Assembly (NCBI RefSeq): GCF_006345805.1
Contig: NC_043001.1
Coordinates: 125,240,001 to 125,304,000, forward strand
Reading direction: 5' to 3'
Length of the DNA: 64,000 nt
Origin: Octopus sinensis
Taxonomy: Eukaryota
Made by a program: the position numbers and the translations under genes. Positions 23,660 to 37,002 of the stretch are shown piece by piece. The notes under the pieces are model-generated. The model saw only the letters and a program-made list of their open reading frames with translations. It did no database searches and had not been told where the DNA came from. Each line of letters begins with the position of its first letter. Within the stretch, counting starts at the first letter, position 1.

Positions 23660-26120
23660 AACTTAGAGGTCACTTAATCTAACATATCAGGGGCTCCTTT
23701 TTCTTGCAGCTTCTTTCATGGCTCTCTAGCGAAGCAGTTCCTTCCTTCACCACAGTTCTCCATGTTGTTCTGTCCTTAGCCCTCTCTTCCCAGGTGCTGG
23801 CATCCACCACACACTTGGACAAACTAGTTTTGCAAGTGTCCTTATACCTCAGTTTTGGTCTTCCTCTTGGTCTCTTGCCCTGGGCCAGTTCTTCATAGAG
23901 CATTTGCTTCGGGATTCGATGGTCATCCATTCTCTTGACATGCCCCAGCCACCTCAGTCTTCTCATACACAAGATAGCTGTCATGCTTTGAAGATTTGCT
24001 TGCGCCAGCACTTCAATATTGGTGACCTTGTCGCGCCATGTTAGGCCTAAGATTTTGCGGAGGCATCGGCGATGGAAAATGCCAAGGCACCTTTCCTATC
24101 TGCTGTACAAGGTCTGTGTTTCAGATCCATAGAGGAGTGTGCTGAGGACACATGCTTCATAAATCCTGATCTTTGTCTTGATGTCTAATCTCTTGTTCTT
24201 CCATACTCATTTTGTCAGCCTTCCAAATGTTGCTGCTGCCTTCCCTATCCTGACATTAATCTCATCATCAAGTGAAGTAGTAGAGGAAATGGTAGACCCT
24301 AGATCACAGAACCTGTCCACTGTCTCAAGCTCTTTGTCATCAAGCTTTATGTGGCCTTTCGCTGTGCCCTCCTGAGTGAGGATGACTGTCTTCTTTACAC
24401 TGATGACCAAACTGGAGGCCTTGCATGCTGATGGTAGGTGGTCCATCATCATTTGTAGAGTTAATTCATTGTAAGCAACAAGTGCTGCATCGCCGGAAAA
24501 GAGAAAGTCTCTTATTGTTGCTCTATTGATCATAGTCTTGGCCTGAAGTCTAGAAAGATCAAAGAGTGATCCATCAGTTCTCCAACAAAGGTAGACATCT
24601 CACAGTAACTCTTGAAATGCATACTACAGCAGTACAGCGAAAAGGATTGGTGCTAAGACATAACCTTGTTTTACTCTGCTGTTGATGTTGAAGCTATCTG
24701 ATATTAAACTGTCAAACTTAATGGTGGCCTTCATGTCATTATGGAACGAAACAATGAGCTGCAATAGTATTGGGGGACAACCACATTTTCCAAGCACCAT
24801 GTACAGTCCTGATTTGCTGACTGTATCGAATGCCTTTGTCAGATCGACAAATGCTATATATAGTGGTAATTGCTGTTCCCAGCATTTTTCTTGTAGTTGA
24901 CGAATGGAGAAGATCATATCCATTGTTGAGCGGTTTGATCTAAAACTGCACTGGCTCTCTGGTAGTACTCTTTCTCCTAGCTTCTGAAGTCGTTTCAGAA
25001 TGATCCTCGTGAAAGCTTTTCCAGTGATGCTTAGAAGTGAGATGCCTCTGTAGTTATTGCAATCTTCCTTGTCCCCGTTGTTTTTGTAGAGAGTGATGAT
25101 CTTGGGATTTCTCATATCCTGTGGAATTTTTACTTCCAACCAACACATCTTTAGTATCTTGTATAAATGTAGAAAGAGGGCATCTTTGTTCTCTTTCAAC
25201 ACTTCAGAGGGTATATTGTCATTTCCGGTGCTTTTCCACTTGCAAGTTCATCGATTGCAGTGGAGAGTTCTTCCGTTGGTGGTATATCAAGTTCTGTCAT
25301 TTCGGGAAGCCGAGGAATGGCTTCATAAAGCTGTCTATCAACATCTCTCTCCTTTGTGTACAATTGAGAGTAATGTTCCATCTTTCTATTTGTTTCTTCT
25401 TGTTCGTCAGCTGGTCACCTATTACAGACTTGAGAGGTGCCACTTTACTCACTGTTGGTCCGATAGCAACTCTAATCATCTCATACATTTTCCTGATGTT
25501 ACCCATGTCACTCACCTTTTGAATTTCTAAGCATAATTTATCCCAGTACTGGTTGGTACATTTTCTAGTTTCTTTTTGAAGGTTGGATTTTGCAGCACGT
25601 AGCTGTTGCTTTGTACTTTCTGTTGGTTTTCTATTGTGCGTTATGAAGATCTTGCACTTTTTTTCAAGTAATGGCATTAGTATTGATGCATTAGCTTTGA
25701 TCCAATCCTCCTTGGAAAGTCGATCCGTCCCAAAGGCCCTCAACACAGAATCATATATTGCTGATTTCATGTTGTTCCACATGTCATCAGAGGCTGAGCT
25801 ATCTACGTTCTGGAGCTGTTCTTCAACATATTCTTGAAATTTGGCTCTCATCGCTGGGTCTTGGGTGTTTATTGTGTTGATCTTAGGTTTCTTTGGTTTT
25901 TCGGCTCTTGGTGTTTTCTTTGTGACCATCTTTACCTTGGCTATAACCAACAGATGACCTGTGTTACAGTCTGCACTGTAGAAGGATTTTGTTTACTTCA
26001 CAGTGTTGACATCATTCTTTCTGATGATGACAAAGTCTATCTGGTGCCAATGACCTGATCTTGGATGACACCAAGAAACTTTATGCCAGTCTTTACCATT
26101 GTAGGTGTTTGCAATGCACA
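23660..26120 (-). mobile_element. RTE-clade LINE, about 2.4 kb, frameshifted (APE C-terminus, linker, RT, thumb)
   Basis: HKVSWCHPRSGHWHQIDF, NYRGISLLSITGK, FVDLTKAFDTV, GVKQG-like VKQGYVLAP, LFSGDAAL and RRLRWLGHVKRM. Confidence 0.93.
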
Positions 26121-26294
26121 GGTTGTTATTTGTGCAGAATTCTATGAGTTGTTTATTATCTATTTTTTATGGGGTTTTTTTCTTTATTTTTTATTCATTT
26201 TTTTTAAAAATTTAAATTTATTTTATTTCTGTTACTGTTGTACTTGTTTATTTTGATCATTTTATTTTATCCATTTACTATTTTCTATTTTGTA

Positions 26295-27055
26295 CTTGGA
26301 AAGAGTACCACAGATACCATCTTCCTAGTGAGACAGCTGCAGGAAAAGTACTTGGCCAAAAGTAAGCCAGTGTACTTAGCCTTCATCGGCCTAGAGAAAG
26401 CTTTCAACAGGGTTGCCCGCTTTGTTATATGGTGGTCTCTAAGGAAGTTAGGAGTAGATGAGTGACTTGTTAGAGCTGTTCAAGCCATGTACAGTAGTGC
26501 TGTCAGTAGGTGACAGTTGGCCATGAATAGTGATGAATTTAGCGTTCAGGTAGGGGTTCACCAGGGCTCAGTTCTCAGCCCACTCCTATTCATTATAGTC
26601 CTTCAGACCATAACAGAGGAATTCAAACCTGGGTGCCCATGGGAACTACTGTATGATGATGACCTTGCTCTTACTACAGAATCTTTAGAAGAATTGAAGA
26701 AGAAATTCCAGGTATGGAAACAAAACTTGGAACCAAAGGGCCTTAAAGTTAACTTAGCTAAGACAGAAGTGGTTGTTAGTAAGAAAGAAGATAAAACTTT
26801 CTTTCATTCAGGTAAAGGAGTTGAAGGAAATTTCATTCACTGTACCCAGTGTAAACTATGGACATATGAGAGATGCAGTGGTATCACAGGTAGATTAACA
26901 GATAGCGTAGTCTTTATATGTGGCAGACATGAAGAAACAATAAGCACTAAGAGCACACAGGAATTAGATTTTCTCAAATGCCCAGGAGGCTCTCTTGAGG
27001 TTGTTGATAGTTTCTGTTACCTAGGTTACCAAATTAGCAATGGTGGAGGATGCTA
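26295..27055 (+). mobile_element. RTE LINE RT fragment (same family as 4185-5235)
   Basis: GKSTTDTIFLVRQLQEKYL, HQGSVLSPLLF, LYDDD and a Cys-rich insert remnant. Confidence 0.88.
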
Positions 27056-27413
27056 GTCCCCAACCTGGGTATTCCACCCACATGTAATAAGAAAACATTT
27101 CCCTCACCCTACCCCAACAAACCAATTTACATCTCTTTCTCGCACTCCCTCTTTTATTCCCTATGCCTAGCTCTCACTCCCCAATCCTGTCCTCACACCC
27201 CTGTTCCTCTGTATCATTGCTATCCAGTAGCCTCTCCAACTCTATATATACCCAGGTCTTTTGCCACTTACTCACACTCCCTTTGCAATATCCTGTCACT
27301 TATATTATGGCACTTGCCACTATCTATATCTCTCTCTTCCATTACTCAACCATCTCATCCCCGTTACTTGTGGGCATGCCTGGTATTTTGTCACCCTCTC
27401 TATCCTGCAGTCT

Positions 27414-27474
<61 letters not shown>

Positions 27475-28601
27475 GCACTTCCTTCAGGTTGGGCACCTGT
27501 GTATTTTCTTTGTGGTTGTACACCTGTTTCTGTCTTCATTCCTGATCTTTCTGTCTCCAGCCAGGTAACTTTGTACTTCCTCTTCAGCAAGACACCTGTA
27601 CCTGTCTCACTGTAACCTTTTCATCATCACCTCCTCCCCTCTTAAAAGTTTTTGTCTTGCATCTACTTGCTGACCCTGTCAGTTCAAGTGCCACTTAAAA
27701 GCATCCAGTCCACACTGTAAAGTGATTGGTGTTCGGAAGGGCATCCAGCTGTAAAAACCTTGCCTAAACTGACCTTGCCTGTGCTTGTGCCACATAAGAC
27801 ACTACTCACTTTGCCTGTGCTTGCACCACATAAAAAGCACTAACTCCACTCTGCTGAGTGGTTGGCATTAGGAAGGGCATCCAGCTGTAAAAATCCTGCC
27901 ATAACAGACACAAGAGCCTGGTGCAGGCCGGTTCTTTTGGTGCCATCCCACCCATGCTAGCATGGGTGGGATGTTAAATGATGATGATGAATAAATAAAT
28001 ATATATATATATATATATTATTCTTTGTAAGCCTAGTACTTATTTTATCGGTCTCTTGATGAACCACTATGTTACGGGTATGTAAAAACACCAGCATCGG
28101 TTGTCAAGCAATATTGGGGGGACAAACACAGCCACACAAATACACACATACAACGGACTTCTTTTAGTTTCTGTCTACCAAATCCACAATACACACACAC
28201 ACATATATATATATATATAAAATGTTAATGTGGTGTTAAACTGGAGGGTGTTATGTGTTTAAGTGTACAAACCAGACAGAAAGAGCTGTCGATATATTTG
28301 TGATACTGAAAGGTAGTGAGCTGGTAGAACTGTTAACACACCTGGCAGAATGCTTAGCAGCATTTTGTCCACCATTAACATTCTGAGTTCAAATTCTGCT
28401 GAGGTTCATTTTGCCTTTTGTCTTTTCAGGGTCGATAACATAAGTACCAGTTGAGCACTGAGGTCGATGTAATCAACTTGCACCCTTTCCCTAAATTTCT
28501 GGTCTTGTGCCAAAATTTGAAACCAATATATTAGTGGCGCTGTGAAGTAATGTTGCATTTCATGTGATAAATTCAAATCAGCATAGAACATATAAATATA
28601 T

Positions 28602-29217
28602 TTATTCATTGAAAATATAATCCCCATCATTAGCTATGACATTTTTCTCACCTCAAAACCAACTTTCTGGTCCCTTAGGTAGAAAAAAAAGTCAGCTTTT
28701 TTTTAGAAAAGAAAATGCTTAGAGTGCAGTTTCAACATCATCCTTGCTTCTGAATGTTTTTCCACTGATAAAATGCCCAAGTGATCCGAATAAGTGAAAA
28801 TCTAATGGTTCTGGGTCTAGTGAGTAGAAAGGTATTTTTGAGCATCCCAGCCTAATAAATTTATCTTCTCTCAGCCTTTATTCTTGGAGGACAGCTCACG
28901 AGGTCCCCACTTCCTTTCTATACACATTCCCAGTCTGCTTGAGATAATCTTGCACAGTGGGCCAAGGTTTACTAAGCTTTCAGGATAAGTCCCTGATATT
29001 TCGATACAGATCCCCTTCAATTCCTGTTTTTACAGCATCATTATTTAGAACAGTTGATCTTCCTGATTGATACCCACTCAAAAGATTGAAATAATCACTT
29101 TTTGAATTTCTTAAACCGCCTTTGGCATTTCTGAACACTTACACCATCAGAATATACAATACATATGTTTTCCTTAGCACATGTTGAAATTTGTAAAGCA
29201 CATTCTTTGTCTTCCAT
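28602..29217 (-). pseudogene. Internally deleted mariner transposase
   Basis: N-terminal HTH ICIVYSDGVSVQKCQRRFKKFK, WGPRELS (WVPHEL-like), YSLDPEPLDFHLFGSL (YSPDLAP-like) and C-terminal NDGDYI; stops and frameshifts. Confidence 0.85.
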
Positions 29218-29274
29218 GGAATATCTTACAGAGCATATATACCTTCTCCTCGACTTACAACTGAGTTTTGTTCT

Positions 29275-29648
29275 GTCTGACAGGTTGCAAGTCAATTTGG
29301 TCATCTGTCAGATTGTAAGTCAATCTGGTCATATGTCAGATTGTAAGTCAATCTGGTCATATGTTAGATTGTAAATCTATCTGACAGGTTGTAAGTCAAT
29401 CTGGTCATATGTCAGATTGTAAGTCAATCTGGTCATCTGTCAGATTGTAAGTCAATCTGACAGGTTGTAAGTCAATCTGGTCATATGTCAGATTGTAAGT
29501 CAATCTGGTCATCTGTCAGATTGTAAGTCAATCTGACAGGCTGTAAGTCAATCTGGTCATATGTCAGATTGTAAGTCAATCTGGTCATATGTCAGATTGT
29601 AAGTCAATCTGACAGGTTGTAAGTCAATCTGGTCATATGTCAGATTTA
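29275..29648 (+). repeat. Minisatellite of 20- and 28-bp units with 76-bp higher-order period
   Basis: gtcagattgtaagtcaatct(ggtcatat) and gacaggttgtaagtcaatct units in regular alternation. Confidence 0.9.
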
Positions 29649-32600
29649 TATTTTCAACACTATTTTCATTCAAATGCAGCTGATGCCTGAAAACCACTGA
29701 GTGAAAGACAGTGGCAGACAGCGGATGCCTTGGTCAGAGGGAGGCCTGCATTGCCAGATGCTGCCATAGTTATTGTATGCACAGCTGCCCAGCACTCAAA
29801 AATTGATTATTATTTTTTTTTGGTTGATGGTCGCAAATTGAGGAGAAGGTGTACATACACAGCATGTGTCTACATTAACATTTGGGCATTAACTCTGCTG
29901 ACTGGTTGATTGCAAGGACTCTTTTTTTATTGGCTTGTAAACTATTAGTGGTATGATGTCAAACAATTTACTTGAAAATACATTAACTTTTAGTACCTTT
30001 AATATGTATATCAGCTTAATATCTATTTTTCCAACCATAAAGATACATGTATGTAGGAATATATGGCTGCAGTCTCATGACTGAAACATGTAAAAGGTAA
30101 AAAATTAAGGATATATATGTAGTGTGTGTATGGAGAGTGAGTGAGAAAGAGAGAATTTGTGAAACTTAGAACAGTTTCAGTAAAGTGAATGCTCACAAAG
30201 CCATGGTTTTGATGAGCATTACTTTTGTGTGTTTGTGTGTGCATGTATGTATAAAACGGAAGTGTTCTATAGTTGTTAATGAGTTGTCCCCTGCAAAGGT
30301 TTTGTGTTGAAGTGTACCAAGGAGCAATTTTGTCATGTTGGGGGCATTCTTATGCAGCCATTGAATATTGCCAGAAATTGTAAGTATGAGCTGCATGAGA
30401 ACTGACTGTCCTGGGAATCAAGCTTTAGTTACAGACTCAACTTTCTGGGAACTTCCAACTACCATCTCTTTCTTCCCCCGCTCTGTCTCTCTCACACACA
30501 CATTAACATTGGTCATCTGCTCTTTCAGAGCTGGATTTGGGTCTGCACAACAATAAAAAAACATTCAATGGCATACATACAGATACAAACATGCAAGCTT
30601 ATATATACACACGTAATTATGTATATGCATACAAATCATATATATCCATCTTAATATAAACATTCCTGCTATCAGAATAGTGCGTGCACATATATATATA
30701 TATATACAGATTCATGAAGGTGGCGAGTTGGCAGAAACGTTAGCACGCCGGGCGAAATGCGTAGCCGTATTTCGTCTGCGGTTACGTTCTCAGTTCAAAT
30801 TCCGCCGGGGTCGACTTTGCCTTTCATCCTTTCGGGGTCGATGTAATCGACTTAATCTGTTAATCTGTCCTTGTTTGTCCACTCTATGTTTAGCCCCTTG
30901 TGGGGAATAACGAAACATATACATACAGAAACTTACATAGGTGTGCATATGAGATTTCACAAAGGCAGTCATGCATACATTCACACAAACACGTTGATAT
31001 ACGCAAATATCTTCTACAGTTATACTGTTACACTTCTCTCTCAATAATTATTTCGATTCCATATACGTTATTTTCCGCTTTTCTCCCCTCTTCTCTAATT
31101 TTTAAATTTCACACACACACACACGCACTGTGACTTTCGTAAATGCAACCTCTTCCAAAATTGTTTCTAGGTATCTGTCTCTTTCGTTCTTACCAGTCTT
31201 GATCTCTCTATTGCTCTCTGTTTCTTTATTTCTCTCTCTCTCACTCTTTTACTAGTTCTTTCTCTTTCTTTTTACCTATCTTTGTAGTTCTTTTTCACTC
31301 TCTCTGCCCTTCTTACATTACTCCCTATATCTCTCTCTCTCTCATGTACATAAAGAAAGAAACAATATAATCTAGGCACAGCGCCACAAGGGAGAAAGCG
31401 GTGTATAGTCGATTAAAATTATTCAAGTAACGGCATCAATTTTGGCATCGATTTTACAATAATGAAATACAAAGGGACATAAGTTATCTCCCTTTGAAAA
31501 AAAATTTTTTTTGCTTTCTTTGATAATTGTTACAAGGAAAATATAATGAAAATGTCTCATTCAGTCTTTGTTTTTGCCTCAGATCTTGATGAAATATATT
31601 GTCCTCACGATTTATAACTGTCACGGCACTTAAGTTGCCGTGTGGATGTTTATTGTCTGGCAATTTTTATGTTGTGGGTTTTTATAAGCTTGAGCTATAG
31701 ACTTCAGCGAGTTTATGTAAATGATTTTTTTTTTCAGAGGAGGTACTTAGTTCTTATGTCCCTTTTTCAGGGGTTTGAAGACTCTGGATGAGTTGGGATG
31801 GGGGAAAGTTACTTTAGGACCAAGATCAAGCTTGAATGTTTGCAACAGGCTGGACTCTGCTACAGACACCCAAATACCACAGATACAAACCATAGTTAGA
31901 GAGAAAGAGGTGTTAGGTAAGTAAAAAAAATAATAAAATGTTACAAATTTTATCTCAAATCAGTTTACAGAATCACCGACTACAAGAGAAGTTTCAACTT
32001 CAGAACAACCAAGCTGCTAAAGAAAAAGAAAAAAAAAAAAAAGGGGTATTTTTAAATAAATGATACAATTTTTTGTTTTGTTTTGTTTATATAATTCAGT
32101 ATTATATTGTTTATATGATTCAGTATTAAATTTTTACAAAAGTTTCTATTTTCTGTCATCTTTTATAGTTCCATTTAGGTCTAAGAAGCTTTATAGTAAT
32201 TTAGCGATGTGGTTAAATGAATGGAATGTGGCTAAAGCCTTATAGTAATATTATGTCTTCTGATTAACTCGTCTGGCCCCGTGCCGGTGGCACATAAAAA
32301 GCACCATCCGATCGTGGCCTTTGCCAGCCTCGCCTGGCACCTGTGCAGGTGGCATGTAAAAAGCACCCACTACACTCACGGAGTGGTTGGCGTTAGGAAG
32401 GGCATCCAGCTGTAGTAACACTGCCAGATCAGACTGGGCCCGGCGCAGCCTTCTGGCTTCAGAGACCCCAGTTGCACCGTCCAACCCATGCTAGCATGGA
32501 AAACGGACGTTAAACGATGATGATTAACATGAGTCAGGATGAATCATCATCATCGTTTAACGTCCGTTCTCCATGCTAGCAATGGGTTGGACGGTTTGAC

Positions 32601-33365
32601 CGGGGATCTGGGAAGCCAGTAGGCTGCACCAGGCTCCGGTCTTATCTGGCAATGTTTCTACAGCTGGATGCCCTTCCTAACGCCAACCACTCCGTGAGTG
32701 TAGTGGGTGCATTTTACGTGCCACCTGCACAGGTGCCAGGCGAGGCTGGCAACGGCCACGGTCGGATTGGTGTATTTTACGTGTCACTGGCACGGAAGCC
32801 AGTCGAGGCAGCGCTGGCATCGGCCACGAGTCGGATAGTGCTTTTTACGTACCACCAGACCAGGGATCCTGGCTGGTTCAATTCGATTTCGATTTCGCTT
32901 GCCCCAACATGTCTTCGCAAGCAAAGGGGGTTGGCATGGGTGCCTGTCGTCGGATGAGGTTCTATATCGACTTCGCTTGCCTCAACAGGTCTTTGTGTCC
33001 AAGGGAGGAAAGGCATGCATAAGTGGGCTGGGCTCACTTGTCCTGCCTGGTCTTCTCATCAGGAAGAAAATACAAAGTCAAGTTAGAGTTGACTGCACTG
33101 CAACATTTATTTCCAAAACTAAAGTGAGATACATCAACTGACACAACAAGTATAACTCTGTCAAAAACATTACATAGTTTCAAAATGTTTCTTTAAGTTA
33201 AAGATAAATGTTGGATAAAATTCAAAGCATAGCGTCAAAGAGTCTGGTTACAAATCTCTCTTTGCTGAAGCTAAAAAGTGGTATAAACTTTCATGCTGAA
33301 GATCAAAACTTGTAACAAACTCACCTCCCTAAAGAATTAGCTGGAAATAAGGGTCCCTTAAATGG

Positions 33366-33746
33366 GGAAGCACTCCGTCGGTTACGACGACGAGGGTTCC
33401 GGTTGATCCGATCAACGGAACAGCCTGCACGTGAAATTAACGTGTAAGTGGCTGAGCACTCCACAGACACGTGTACCCTTAACGTAGTTCTCGGGGATAT
33501 TCAGCGTGACACCGAGAGTGACAAGGCCGGCCCTTTGAAATACAGGTACAACAAAAACAGGAAGTAAGAGTGAGAGAAAGTTGTGGTGAAAGAGTACAGC
33601 AGGGATCACCACCATCCCTGCCGGAGCCTCGTGGAGCTTTTAGGTGTTTTCGCTCAATAAACACTCACAACGCCCGGTCTAGGAATCGAAACCGCGATCC
33701 TACGACCACGAGTCCACTGCCCTAACCACTGGGCCATTGCGCCTCC
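33366..33746 (-). mobile_element. SINE family C
   Basis: Full length; TSD cccttaaat. Confidence 0.9.
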
Positions 33747-34216
33747 ACCCCTTAAATAGCTGATGTTGGGACACTTGGCTAGTCTGTCATGTTAAGGGGT
33801 GGACAGTGTGCATAAAGCTAAATGGACTTGACCATGTTATGGGCCAAAAGCAAAGGGGCACAACATGGATAGCTAAAGGTAAAGAATGAACATGCTTCTG
33901 CTGCAGGAATATTAAATCAACTCCCAATAGTTGACCAGTACTTTATTTCATCAGTCCTGGAAAAATGAAAGGACAATGTTAACTTCAGTGCAGTTTCAAC
34001 ACTGAGTGTAAAAGATTGTAACCAAGTACTGCAGGCATTTTGTCTGATGCCCTTATGAGTCTATTAATTCACCGCCTTCTAATTTTATTGTTACAGGCAT
34101 TTAAACTATTTTTATCTGGTGCAAATATCTGCCTAGGAAGCTACAATAGTTTAATGCTTAGAATCCATAAAATTAATGACTTAAAAAATATGTCAATGTA
34201 TTCAAATAAAGATATA

Positions 34217-34582
34217 GGCGGAGGAGTGGCTGTGTGGTAAGTAGCTTGCTAACCAACCACATGGTTCCGGGTTCAGTCCCACTGCGTGGCATCTTGGACA
34301 AGTGTCTTCTGCTATAGCCCTGGCCAGACCAATGCCTTGTGAGTGGATTTGGTAGACCGAAACTGAAAGAAGCCTGTCGTATATATGTGTGTGAGTTTGT
34401 CTCCCTAGCATTGCTTGACAACCAATGCTGGTGTGTTTATGTCCCCGTGCAAGAGAGACCGATAGAATAAGTACTGGGCTTACAAAGAATAAGACCCGGG
34501 GTCGATTTGCTCGACTAAAGGCGGTGCTCCAGCATGGCCGCAGTCAAATGACTGAAACAAGTAAAAGAGTAAAGAGTAAGAG
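34217..34582 (+). mobile_element. SINE family B
   Basis: Head, body and tail recognisable. Confidence 0.88.
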
Positions 34583-34991
34583 TATATTAGGAGTAAGAAA
34601 AACATTCATATCTTTATGGTTTGCCAGATGTTTTCCTGTATGAAATGTAAACTGTCCTCAAGGCTAGATATCATATATTTGAATGAATAACAATTTAAAT
34701 CCTAATTTGGGTAACTTCAATGCTAAAGGATTAAGCATAACTACACTGTTTTGAATCAAGATAAATTGAGAACAATTATCAAGGAAGGACTCAAAAGCCT
34801 GAAAACTTCAAAGCAAAGGGATTTAGATGCAGGCATGGCTGTGTGCTGATGAAGTTCATGTAATTTTAGGTTCAATCCCACTGCATAGTACATTGGGTAA
34901 GTATCTTCTACCATAGCCTTGGTTCAACCAAAGCTTTGTTTATGAAATGTGGTCGGCAGAAATTATGTAGAAACCTGCTTTAATAATAATA

Positions 34992-35285
34992 ATAATAAAA
35001 ACATTGTGTACAGTGCTCAGGTGCATTACAACTCATCTAAAGTGTATGCATAAACAGGTGTGGTTTCGGCGGATTTCGGAAAGCATGAGGGCCTTAAAGG
35101 ATGCTGTGCCATGGCAGTCAACAACTGACGCAGGCAGTTTGTTCCATGCTTCAGCAACTCTGAATGTGAAAAAATGTTTCCGAAAGTCATGGGAACTGTG
35201 TTGTTTTCTGACTTTGTAGGCATGTCCACGTGTGTTAGACACATGAAGATCAAAAAGGTGTTCAGTGTTGTTGGTTAGGTGGTTA
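34992..35285 (-). mobile_element. CR1-group LINE 3' fragment
   Basis: TRGHAYKVRKQ...RKHFFTFRVAEAWNKLP; (TTA)n tail. Confidence 0.85.
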
Positions 35286-35642
35286 AGAGGCAAAATTAAC
35301 GCATTGTCCAGTTTGATACCACTATTTTGACTTGTTGCACTTTAGCAAAGTGTCACACAAGCATTTGGGTTGGATCCCAGGTTTGAGAATAATTTCCTCT
35401 GGGCAAACAAAATCCTTGCAAGTGGATTTCGTAGATGGAAACTGGAAGATGTTAAATGTGTGTGTGTGTGTAATCACATCATCACCATCGTTTAATGATC
35501 GTTTTCCATGCCTGCATGGGTTGGATGGTCTGACAGGAGCAGTCCAGACTCCAATTGTTTGTTGTGGCATGGTTTCTACAGCTGGATGCCCTTCCTAATG
35601 CCAACCACTTTACAGTGTGTGCTGGGTGCTTTTTATGCACCT

Positions 35643-35683
<41 letters not shown>

Positions 35684-35701
35684 GACAGATAGATATGTAT
35701 A

Positions 35702-36110
35702 TTCTTTACTCTCTTTTACTTGTTTCAGTCATTTGACAGTGGCCATGCTGGAGCACCGCCTTTAATCGAGCAACTCGGCCCCGGGACTTATTCTTTGTAA
35801 GCCCAGTACTTATTCTATCGGTATCTTTTGCCGAACCGCTAAGTGACAGGGACGTAAACACACCAGCATCGGTTGTCAAGCAATGCTAGGGGGACAAACA
35901 CAGACACACAAACATACATGCACACACACATATATATATATATATACAACGGGCTTCTTTCAGTTTCCATCTACCAAATCTACTCACAAGGCTTTGGTCG
36001 GCCTGAGGCTATAGTAGAAGACACTTGCCCAAGGTGCCACGCAGTGGGACTGAACCCGGAACCATGTGGTTGGTAAGCAAGCTACTTACCACACAGCCAC
36101 TCCTGTGCCT
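35702..36110 (-). mobile_element. SINE family B
   Basis: Full length. Confidence 0.88.
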
Positions 36111-36660
36111 ATATATGTGTGTGAAATTACAATAAACACAAATTTATATTGTTAGTTTCTGCATACATTTCACCATTGTTACTGTTTGGAACTCCAATTG
36201 CACTTGGAACATTCAATGCAGAGTTCCGAACAGTAACAATGAGGAAACGTATGTAGGAACTAATAATACAAATGCGTGTTTATTGCAATTTCTTTTACAT
36301 TTGATCTGTATATCATCACTTGTAATATTACTAAGTATAGTAGTCGCTTAACCACTGTACTGGAGGCAGACTGGGTGATGATAGTCTATGGGGAGCTCTA
36401 AACTTAGCAGCAAAGTCATACATCCATTTCTAAATACAAGATACACTATACATTATCATCAACATTTAACATCTATTTTCCATGCTAGCATGGGTTGGAT
36501 GGCTTCACAAAAACTGGTAAGGCCAGGAGCTGCACCAGGTTCTAGGTGTGTTTTGGCTTGGTTTCTACAGCTGGATGTCCTTACTAATGCCAACCACTTT
36601 ACAGAGTGTACTGAGTGCTTTTTACATAATCCCATCATCAGTACTTTTGACTATTGATAT

Positions 36661-36694
<34 letters not shown>

Positions 36695-37002
36695 CATCAC
36701 GTGATCACGTGACCGACCATGCTATCAGATGTTGTTACACATCGCTGGTCACAATACGCTTTGCATTGTTTTAGTCTTCAAATGATGCCACCCCGCTGGC
36801 TAAGCGAGCAGGCCAACAGAAGAAAGAGTGAAAGAAACTTGTGGCGAAAGAGTACAGAAGGGATCGCCCCCCCCCCTACTGGAGCCTCATGGAGCTTTAG
36901 GTGTTTTTGCTCAATAAACACACACAACGCCTGGTCTGGGAATCCAAACCGCAATCCTCCGACCGCGAGTCCGCTGCCGTAACCACTGGGCCATTGCGCC
37001 TC
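36695..37002 (-). mobile_element. SINE family C head with alternative 3' tail (type 2)
   Basis: Head and core shared with 763-1122; tail unrelated. Confidence 0.8.

Noticed and set aside
29275-29648. CRISPR-like array
   Set aside because: The intervening 8-mers are near-identical; this is a minisatellite.
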